From an uncultured cyanobacterium (GTDB lineage Bacteria > Cyanobacteriota > Cyanobacteriia > PCC-9006 > JAAUQQ01), in assembly GCA_963718615.1 (NCBI GenBank), contig OY970368.1, positions 448,977-512,976 on the forward strand: DNA of 64,000 bases. The letters are read 5' to 3'. Below are positions 56,686 to 64,000 of this stretch, piece after piece. The notes under the pieces were generated by a model that worked only from the letters and a program-made list of their open reading frames with translations, was not told the DNA's origin and did not search any database. Position 1 is the first letter of the stretch. Each line of letters starts with the position of its first letter. The position numbers and the translations under genes were made by a program.

Positions 56686-56911
56686 TTTTAGTGTACCCAG
56701 TCCCTAGGAATTGCAGGGATGGGGGGCCGTTTGGGAGGGGTTCGGATCCCGCGATCGCCTATAATCAAATCTTGCTTACTCAAGGCCCAAACGGGCCAGC
56801 GCCAGTCCCCAACGTCCTTCAGGACCTACCATGACGGCCCTTGTAGTCGGCAGTTTTGAAACAATCCGCATCATTTAAAAAAGCGTTTTAAGGCAAGCGA
56901 GGTTTAAGAAC

Positions 56912-57973
56912 ATGGCTGGAGAACAGGTCCCCTACCTATTGCGGGCAGCCCGTGGGGAAAAAGTCGATCGTCCCCCTGTGTGGATGATGCGCCAAGCGGG
57001 GCGCTATATGAAGGAATACCGCGACCTGCGCGACAAATATCCCTCGTTCCGGGAGCGGTCTGAGAATCCGGATCTGGCGATCGAAATCTCACTTCAGCCC
57101 TTCCGTGCCTTTCGCCCCGATGGGGTCATCATGTTCTCCGACATTTTGACACCGCTACCGGGCATGGGCATTCCCTTCGACATCATTGAAAAGCGCGGTC
57201 CGATCATTGACCCGCCCATTCGCAGCAAGGAACAAATCGACCAGATGCGTCCCCTTGATCCAGAGGAATCGCTGCCCTTTATCCGCACCATTCTCGAAAC
57301 CCTGCGTCAGGAAGTCGGCAATGAAGCCACGGTTTTGGGCTTCGTCGGTTCCCCCTGGACCCTCGCCGCCTACGCCATTGAAGGCAAGAGCTCAAAAGAT
57401 TACACCGTGATCAAGAGCATGGCCTTCTCAGAACCGGAGCTGCTGCACAAACTGCTCGGAAACATCGCCGATTCGATCGCCACCTACGTCCGCTACCAAA
57501 TCGATTGTGGTGCCCAGGTCGTGCAGTTGTTTGATTCCTGGGCCGGTCAGCTCAGCCCCGCTGACTACGATGTCTTTGCGCAGCCCTATCAGCAGCGTAT
57601 TATCCAGCAGGTCAAAGAAACCCATCCCGATACCCCCCTAATTCTCTATATCAATGGCAGTGCCGGGATCCTAGAGCGGATGGGTCAATCGGGAGTAGAC
57701 ATTGTCAGCGTAGACTGGACAGTGGATATGGCCGATGCTCGTCGTCGATTGGGTCCGAATGTGGGCGTTCAGGGCAATATTGACCCCTGTGTCCTGTTTG
57801 GCTCTAAGCCCTTTATTCGCGAGCGGATTCTGGAAACCGTGCGCAAAGCGGGAGGCAATCGCCATATTCTTAACCTGGGTCATGGCATTTTGCCCGGAAC
57901 ACCGGAGGAAAATGCTGCATTCTTCTTTGAGACAGCCAAGCAGGTGGATCAACTCCTGGCGGTCAGTCGGTAA
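56912..57973 (+). CDS. hemE: Uroporphyrinogen decarboxylase
   Basis: [50 protein letters not shown]. Confidence 0.95.
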   Translation: MAGEQVPYLLRAARGEKVDRPPVWMMRQAGRYMKEYRDLRDKYPSFRERSENPDLAIEISLQPFRAFRPDGVIMFSDILTPLPGMGIPFDIIEKRGPIIDPPIRSKEQIDQMRPLDPEESLPFIRTILETLRQEVGNEATVLGFVGSPWTLAAYAIEGKSSKDYTVIKSMAFSEPELLHKLLGNIADSIATYVRYQIDCGAQVVQLFDSWAGQLSPADYDVFAQPYQQRIIQQVKETHPDTPLILYINGSAGILERMGQSGVDIVSVDWTVDMADARRRLGPNVGVQGNIDPCVLFGSKPFIRERILETVRKAGGNRHILNLGHGILPGTPEENAAFFFETAKQVDQLLAVSR

Positions 57974-58003
57974 GCCTGTTATTGAGTTCTGGGACGGTGA
58001 GGT

Positions 58004-58981
58004 GTGACCCCAAAGCAAATTTTAATCACGGGTGCGAGTGGTTGCATTGGTCATTACTTCACCGAACAGCTCATTCACAAAACGGACCATGAGCTTTATA
58101 TCCTGGCGCGCAATCCGGCCAAGCTCCGGTTTGACGTCGATGCGCGCCCTGGGATCCATGTTGTCGCCGCCGATCTGCGCGAAATCGACCAGTACGGCGA
58201 CCTGCTGAGTCGGATTAACGTCGCGATTCTGGCGGCGACATCCTGGGGTGGCGTCGAAGAATCCTATGAGATTAATGTCGCCAAAACCTTAGCATTGATT
58301 GAACGGCTTGACCCAGCGGTGTGCGAGCAGGTGCTGTATTTTTCAACGGAAAGTATTTTGGACCAGGAAAACCAGCTTTTGCCCGAGGCAGGAGAGCTGG
58401 GGACGGATTATATTCGCACCAAATATATCTGTTTCCAGGGGCTGGAGAAATTGGCGATCGCCCCCAAAATCACCGCACTCTTTCCCACGCTGGTCTTTGG
58501 CGGAGACGATCGCAAGCCCTATTCTCACCTCACCGAGGGCTTTCCCCAGATTTTAAGCTGGCTGTGGCTGATTCGTTTTCTTTCGGCGGATGGCAGCTTC
58601 CACTTCATGCATGGCTACGATATTGCCCAGGTCGTCTGCCATCTGGTCGATCACCCCGAGGCTTCCCCTGCTGCCAGTCAAGCGTCTGCCGTTCGCAAGG
58701 TGGTTTTAGGCAATGCGCCCATGACGGTGAACCAAACCATTCGGGAGGCCTGTCGCTATTTTGGCAAACGGATTTATTTTCGGGTGCCGCTAAAAGCGGG
58801 GCTAGCGGAGTTTTTTATCCGCGTCTTTCGGATTCAGGTTGGCCCCTGGGATTGGTTTTGCATTCGCTATCGCCATTTTGTCCATCGCAATCCGGTCAGT
58901 CCTGCGACCTTTGGCCTGCAACCCTACGCCCAAACCCTATCGGACATCTTAAAAATCTATGGGTTTGGCCTCAAAGGTTAG
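58004..58981 (+). CDS. NAD(P)-dependent epimerase/dehydratase family (SDR) protein
   Basis: GTG start. It has a Rossmann motif (ILITGASGCIGHYF) and a YxxxK-like YIRTKYI. Confidence 0.75.
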   Translation: MTPKQILITGASGCIGHYFTEQLIHKTDHELYILARNPAKLRFDVDARPGIHVVAADLREIDQYGDLLSRINVAILAATSWGGVEESYEINVAKTLALIERLDPAVCEQVLYFSTESILDQENQLLPEAGELGTDYIRTKYICFQGLEKLAIAPKITALFPTLVFGGDDRKPYSHLTEGFPQILSWLWLIRFLSADGSFHFMHGYDIAQVVCHLVDHPEASPAASQASAVRKVVLGNAPMTVNQTIREACRYFGKRIYFRVPLKAGLAEFFIRVFRIQVGPWDWFCIRYRHFVHRNPVSPATFGLQPYAQTLSDILKIYGFGLKG

Positions 58982-58992
58982 CTGCCCTGCGG

Positions 58993-59580
58993 CTAAAACG
59001 TCGAGCCGGGTTGTTGAAGAAATTCCAGCTCTTCCGGCGTGCTGGCACGGCCCAGAGTGGCATTGCGGTGAGGAAACCGGCCAAATCGCTGAATCACGTC
59101 CCGGTGGCGATAGGCGTACTCAATCGGACTTTGGCTTTGGGGGTCCGATCGCAACTGCTCAAACAACGCCACGGCCTGATTTTGATCCTCTAAGTTTTCA
59201 CTATGCTCAAAGGGCAAATACATAAACCAGCGCTGGACCGGTAAAAGCTGCTGGTCAAAGCCCTGGGAAATAGCCGATTGGGCGATCGCCACTGCCTTTT
59301 CATCCGTCGCAAAAGCCCGAGGATCCCGCCGAAATAGATTGCGGGGGAACTGATCCAGAACAATCAGTAGGGCCAAGCAGCTGAGGGGAAAATCTTGCCA
59401 AGCATCTAGGGCTCCGGCGGCGGCCTGTTGGTAGGTGGGGAGAAAGCGATCGCTAATTTCCTGATCAAACGTCGGATTTTTGATAAACCAAGCCTTGCGC
59501 TCCTGCCCATACGTAGACGAGTCCGGCGCACCAAACCAAAACGCTAAAATCTCTGTAGACTTGGCCATGCTTTTTTCCAC
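58993..59580 (-). CDS. DUF924 family protein
   Basis: ILAFWFG..W..LIVLDQFPRNLFR..FMYLPFEHSE..YAYRHRDVIQRFGRFPHRN. Confidence 0.85.
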   Translation of the reverse strand: MEKSMAKSTEILAFWFGAPDSSTYGQERKAWFIKNPTFDQEISDRFLPTYQQAAAGALDAWQDFPLSCLALLIVLDQFPRNLFRRDPRAFATDEKAVAIAQSAISQGFDQQLLPVQRWFMYLPFEHSENLEDQNQAVALFEQLRSDPQSQSPIEYAYRHRDVIQRFGRFPHRNATLGRASTPEELEFLQQPGSTF

Positions 59581-59585
59581 GGGTT

Positions 59586-59639
59586 CAAATCAAGGGACAG
59601 GAGCAAATCAAGGGACAGGAGCAAATCAAGAGACGGAAT
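59586..59639. repeat. 18-bp tandem repeat, 2 perfect copies plus 1 degenerate copy
   Basis: caaatcaagggacaggag x2, then caaatcaagagacggaat. It lies between the DUF924 start and the phosphatase stop. Confidence 0.8.
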
Positions 59640-60127
59640 CAAATTCCAAATCCCTGCTCTTTAGTAATTTGTTTCAACAGACCCTGGCAAGCATCCATTA
59701 ATAAATTAATCACATCATCAAAACCGTCGGCCCCACCATAATAAGGATCTGGGACCTCTTGATCGGGGTGCTCCGTGCAAAAATTGCACATCATTTTGAC
59801 CTTGTGACGGAATTTTCCCGCCGGGTCCAAGGCCAAAATGCCCTGATAATTGCTGCGGTCCATGGCCAAAATCAGGTCAAATTCTTCTAGGTCATGACGG
59901 TCAAGCTGGCGCGATCGCCCCAACATCTTGATGCCCCGCGCCGTCGCCGCTGCCGTCATTCGCCGATCGGGCCGATCGCCAACGTGATAGCCCGAGGTGC
60001 CTGCTGAGTCGCAGTAGATGCGATCGCTCAACCCCGCTTCCTCAATGAGGTGATTCATAATGTTTTCTGCCGAGGGCGAGCGGCAAATATTACCGAGACA
60101 AACAAACAGCAACTTGTAAGGCGTCAT
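59639..60127 (-). CDS. Low-molecular-weight protein-tyrosine phosphatase
   Basis: MTPYKLLFVCLGNICRSPSAENIM (CX5R(S) P-loop) ..DPYYG. Confidence 0.9.
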   Translation of the reverse strand: MTPYKLLFVCLGNICRSPSAENIMNHLIEEAGLSDRIYCDSAGTSGYHVGDRPDRRMTAAATARGIKMLGRSRQLDRHDLEEFDLILAMDRSNYQGILALDPAGKFRHKVKMMCNFCTEHPDQEVPDPYYGGADGFDDVINLLMDACQGLLKQITKEQGFGI

Positions 60128-60233
60128 GGCATCCAATCGGGTCATCACCAAAAAGTAAACCAAAAAGTAAGGGGTCTGACCTTGCCAAACCCCCATCATC
60201 ATTCTCAAACAGGTTGAATCGATTGCCTAGAGA

Positions 60234-60569
60234 TTAGAATCCAGGAATATTCAAACCGCTGGTTAGCTCTTCCATCCGGCCCCGCATGGTATCCGTAGAC
60301 TTTTGATAGGCTTCCTTCATCGCTGCCGTGACGAGATCCGAGAGGACTTCGGGACCTTCGGCGATCGCATCCGCCGCAATCTCCGTCCGCAGGGGCTCTT
60401 GGTTCCCACTCAGATAAACCTTGACCAGACCACCACCAGCCTGACCTTCAATTTCCATTTTCTCCAGCTCTTCCTGGAGTTGCTTAGCACCTTCTTGGAC
60501 CTGCTGGGCTTTCTTAAAAGCCTCTGCCAGCTCCTTCATTTTGCCAAGGCCAAATCCTTTTCCGGTCAT
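60234..60569 (-). CDS. YbaB/EbfC family nucleoid-associated protein
   Basis: [59 protein letters not shown]. Confidence 0.9.
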   Translation of the reverse strand: MTGKGFGLGKMKELAEAFKKAQQVQEGAKQLQEELEKMEIEGQAGGGLVKVYLSGNQEPLRTEIAADAIAEGPEVLSDLVTAAMKEAYQKSTDTMRGRMEELTSGLNIPGF

Positions 60570-60673
60570 AGCGTTTTTCTTCAGGGGTAAATTTGCCCAA
60601 CTCACTCTAACACTTCTCAGGCGCTTCGGCCTAGAGTTGCGATGTTGCCCAGGGGCTCCAGGCGAGCAAAGCC

Positions 60674-61606
60674 CTAGACCCCTTGAAATTCGCCCATCAT
60701 CTTGACTTCTGGGTGCAGCAACAAAGACCAGCGCTCTGCCACCTCGGTTTGCACATGGCGAATCAGCTCAAAAATATCTTGAGCCGTTGCACCACCGCAG
60801 TTCAAAATAAAATTCGCATGGCGCTGCGCCACTTGGGCATGGCCAATTTGATAGCCCTTCAGACCACTTTGTTCAATCAACCACCCCGCGCTGTGGGCCT
60901 GGGGGTTGCGGAAGACACTGCCACAACTGGGGCGATCGTAGGGTTGGCTAGATTTCCGCTGGCGCAGGGCATGGTTAGTCTCCACCAAAACCTGCTCAGG
61001 ATCCCCATCTGGCAAAAATTCCAGGGTCGCTTCCAGAACAATATAAGGATTCTCTTGCAGGGCTGAGGTGCGATAGCTATAGCTTAATTGCTCCGGCGTC
61101 CAGTGTTCGACACCATCGGGTCCCAGCACTTTGACACTGACCACCCGTTCGGCCATGCAGCCCCCGTGGGCTCCCGCATTCATCACCACGGCCCCCCCGA
61201 TGGTCCCTGGAATCCCCACCGCCCATTCAAACCCTCGCCATCCTCGCCGAGCCAAGCGCCGGGAAAGGGCCGGTAGGGGAACACCAGCGGAAACGGTGGC
61301 CTGTCCTAGGGATTCGTCAAACAGGGACTGCTTGAGAAATCGCGTTGAGATGACCAGACCCGGAAGTCCTGAATCACTAATCAGCAGATTAGAGCCAGAC
61401 CCAAGGGCCGTAACGGGAAGCCCTTCGGCCTCGGCCCATTGAACACAGGCAGCCAAACCATCTAAATCTCGGGGTTCTGCATACCATTCCGCTGCACCGC
61501 CGACTCGAAACGAAGTAAACGGCGCGAGGGCAACTTGACGACGAATATAGGTCTGAGAGGAGGCCTCCAGAATCAAAGGCTGTTCCTGAGTGATGAGTTG
61601 GGGCAT
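60674..61606 (-). CDS. murB: UDP-N-acetylmuramate dehydrogenase
   Basis: [56 protein letters not shown] at 61606 (TTG at 61621 is the longest). Confidence 0.9.
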   Translation of the reverse strand: MPQLITQEQPLILEASSQTYIRRQVALAPFTSFRVGGAAEWYAEPRDLDGLAACVQWAEAEGLPVTALGSGSNLLISDSGLPGLVISTRFLKQSLFDESLGQATVSAGVPLPALSRRLARRGWRGFEWAVGIPGTIGGAVVMNAGAHGGCMAERVVSVKVLGPDGVEHWTPEQLSYSYRTSALQENPYIVLEATLEFLPDGDPEQVLVETNHALRQRKSSQPYDRPSCGSVFRNPQAHSAGWLIEQSGLKGYQIGHAQVAQRHANFILNCGGATAQDIFELIRHVQTEVAERWSLLLHPEVKMMGEFQGV

Positions 61607-61643
61607 GGGACTCACAGTCAATGGCAGATGGAATAGAGAATCT

Positions 61644-63167
61644 CTAATGACCTAAGGAGAAATATTCCACGAGGTCCGGAATAATCTGGTTGAGATTTCC
61701 TGCTCCCAGGAACAGCGCTAAGTCCTTGGATTGAAGGGTGGCCTTGAGTCGCTCTCGCACATCATCTAAGGACGGACAGTAGCGAACATTCGGATGGACT
61801 TCAGCAATGGCATCAACCAGCTTTTGTCCCCCAGCTAGTCCGGGGTCCCGCTCTCCTGCGCTGTAAATTTCACACACAATCACTTCATCCGCATCTCCAA
61901 AGCAATGGGCGAAATCATCCAGCAGGGCCTGGGTGCGGCTGAAGCGATGGGGCTGAAAAACCGCCACGATTCGCTCAGGCAGAACGGGCAAACGAGTGGT
62001 CTTGGTTTGCAACTGAAGTCGTGCTGCCGCTAGGGTGACGCTGAGCTCACTGGGATGGTGAGCGTAGTCATCGACAAAGACAATGTCCTGGGCATGGCCG
62101 CGATACTCAAACCGGCGACGGGCTCCTTCGTAGTTGGCGATCGCCGCCGCAATCACCGCAAACTCCAACCCCAAATGCCGACCCACGGCCACCGCCGCCA
62201 GGGCATTGCTCAGATTGTGGGTTCCCAGCAAATTGACCTGCAACTCTCCCAGAACCACACCGCGCTCCCAGACCCGCGCCCGAGTCCCGCTGCCGGAATA
62301 GTCGATTTTGTCGACGCTGTAGTCTGCGTTGGAGTCTTGATTGAGGCTATAGCTCAGGGTCAAGGGCATGTGCTCCCGCACATTTTTGCAGTCCACACAG
62401 CCCACCAACATCTGGCAATGGTCTGCAAACTGGCGGAAGGTCGAAATCACCTGTTCTAAACTGCTGTAGTGATCCGGGTGATCCAATTCAATATTAGTGA
62501 TGACCCCCAGATAGCTGTTGAATTTGACCAGAGAACCATCAGATTCATCGGCCTCTGCCACCAAACAGTCGCTTTGGCCAAGACGGGCATTGCCCCCCAG
62601 GGCATTGACTTCGCCTCCGATCACAACGGTTGGGTCCAACCCGGCCTGGGTCAAAAGATGGCCAATCATACCGCTGGTCGTCGTCTTACCATGGGTGCCC
62701 GCTACGGAAACACTTCGATGGGTGGACTGGATCAACGCTGCTAAAATATCTGATCGATGGAAAATCGGACAGCCCAGCTCCAGCGCTGCATTGTATTCCG
62801 GATTATCCGGATGAATCGCAGTGGAGCACACCACTTGGGGGAGGTAATCCGTATCGATCGCCTTCATCTGGGGAACCGCAACCACTGCGGTCTGCACCAG
62901 GGTCGCTGTGCCGCCGAGCTCAAAATTTTCTGGAAAACAGGGGGGTTCAGCCACTGGCTGGAAATAGGACAAATTATCGGCATTTTGTCCCCAGAAGAGG
63001 TGGACGCCAAGCCTCTCCAATCGTTCCGTTATGTGCGATCGCCGCAGGTCCGAACCAGAGACAGGAAGCTTTCGCTCCGCTAGGACTTGAGCCAGGGCTG
63101 ACATCCCAATTCCACCTACACCAATGAAGTGAAAGGGCCTGCCGCTAAAATCGACAGCTTGCATCAT
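61644..63167 (-). CDS. murC: UDP-N-acetylmuramate--L-alanine ligase
   Basis: [44 protein letters not shown]. Confidence 0.9.
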   Translation of the reverse strand: MMQAVDFSGRPFHFIGVGGIGMSALAQVLAERKLPVSGSDLRRSHITERLERLGVHLFWGQNADNLSYFQPVAEPPCFPENFELGGTATLVQTAVVAVPQMKAIDTDYLPQVVCSTAIHPDNPEYNAALELGCPIFHRSDILAALIQSTHRSVSVAGTHGKTTTSGMIGHLLTQAGLDPTVVIGGEVNALGGNARLGQSDCLVAEADESDGSLVKFNSYLGVITNIELDHPDHYSSLEQVISTFRQFADHCQMLVGCVDCKNVREHMPLTLSYSLNQDSNADYSVDKIDYSGSGTRARVWERGVVLGELQVNLLGTHNLSNALAAVAVGRHLGLEFAVIAAAIANYEGARRRFEYRGHAQDIVFVDDYAHHPSELSVTLAAARLQLQTKTTRLPVLPERIVAVFQPHRFSRTQALLDDFAHCFGDADEVIVCEIYSAGERDPGLAGGQKLVDAIAEVHPNVRYCPSLDDVRERLKATLQSKDLALFLGAGNLNQIIPDLVEYFSLGH

Positions 63168-63922
63168 TTCTGCTCCTCGCATTACCACACCACAGCAAGG
63201 TTAAAGACAGGGTCTAGGGTTGATTGGTTCAGCGACCTAGGTCACCGCCCGTGAAGCGACTCACTTCAATAACATTCAAAGACCTGTCTCAAGATTCTAG
63301 GAGTCGGGTGCTTCCTATTCAGGCGATATCATATCAGGGTTTGCTAAATTGCGATAATGATTCGTAACATCGCCCGAAATCGCTCTAAAGAAAGTGTTTT
63401 CGGACTTTCAGGCATCAGCAAAGAGGCTCATCTGGCTTGCCATTCTAGACATTCAACCCTGCTAGGTACCCCGAAGGAAGGGAAAGCCGTGAAGGGCAGT
63501 GGGCGAATCTGCGACCGTTTTAGATGACTTTTTTAGATGACTTTGCTGAAACTGTTCCACTAGTCCAATGTCCGTTCCGTCCTGGTTTTCCTCCGGATAA
63601 ACTAGGTTTTTCTTAAAGGAGACCTGGCAGCGCGCTGGGAAAAGCAAAACAAACAAAGAAGACCCTTGAGACTGAGCAACGGACTCAGCATGACCCGAAG
63701 GTTTGTGCTCAGATTAACGAGGGGATCAAAAATTTGTCTTCGCTAAAATTGCTGAATCCTGACCTGCGGTTTTCCGGCAAGTTTCCGATCAGAGTACTCC
63801 TGGGACATCCTGAAAGAGCAGGGTTTTCCTCGGAAAATTCGAGTTCGCTTAACGCAGCCTTTAGGATATGATGAGTGCAATCAATAGGTATTTACACTTG
63901 TAGTTAACTGAGGGCTGACGCA

Positions 63923-64000
63923 GTGATTCGAGTCGCGATCAATGGGTTCGGGCGTATCGGGCGCAATTTTTTGCGTTGCTGGCTGGAGCGTGAAAACAGC
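63923..64000 (+). CDS. gap: Glyceraldehyde-3-phosphate dehydrogenase, 5' end only (runs off the window)
   Basis: Not in the ORF track. GTG at 63923 opens [26 protein letters not shown], the canonical GAPDH N-terminal Rossmann motif, over the 26 codons up to the window end. Confidence 0.8.
   Translation, partial: MIRVAINGFGRIGRNFLRCWLERENS

Noticed and set aside
58321-59193. 290-aa plus-strand ORF
   Set aside because: It is an alternative frame overlapping the SDR gene and antisense to the DUF924 gene. Its composition is Arg/Gly/Ser-rich with no motifs.

Overview
The window looks like a chromosomal segment of a motile, probably filamentous, cyanobacterium. Supporting evidence: frequent GCGATCGC (HIP1) palindromes, petB-petD, sasA, a chloroplast-like tRNA-Glu(UUC), a Tax/Hmp-type chemosensory operon and an hpsA-D-like pseudopilin locus. 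I support about 55 protein-coding genes, 1 tRNA, 2 intrinsic terminators and several tandem repeats. Two edge-truncated genes are missing from the ORF track and were found by hand translation: complement(<1..1737) and 63923..>64000. Most of the window is core metabolism and envelope functions: mtnA, metG, hemE, murB, murC, birA, pgeF, ctp, gap2, glycosyltransferases and an LptC-like gene. The region most worth a second look is an accessory stretch at about 20.1-27.4 kb, directly downstream of the chemosensory operon. It holds two adjacent paralogous AAA-like (STAND-type) NTPase genes. The first carries a caspase/CHAT-like domain plus a TIR effector domain but no sensor repeats. The second has no effector but carries a TM helix and 14 almost nucleotide-identical 123-bp WD40 repeats, whose differences fall in four codons per repeat. 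These genes are followed by a ParDE toxin-antitoxin pair, a decayed xisI fragment and an intact xisH-xisI pair. I read the NTPase pair as a split, NLR-like sensor/effector conflict module; its function is inference only. All calls come from reading the translations and sequence by eye. No database search, HMM or statistic was run, and hand-derived coordinates may be off by 1-2 nt.
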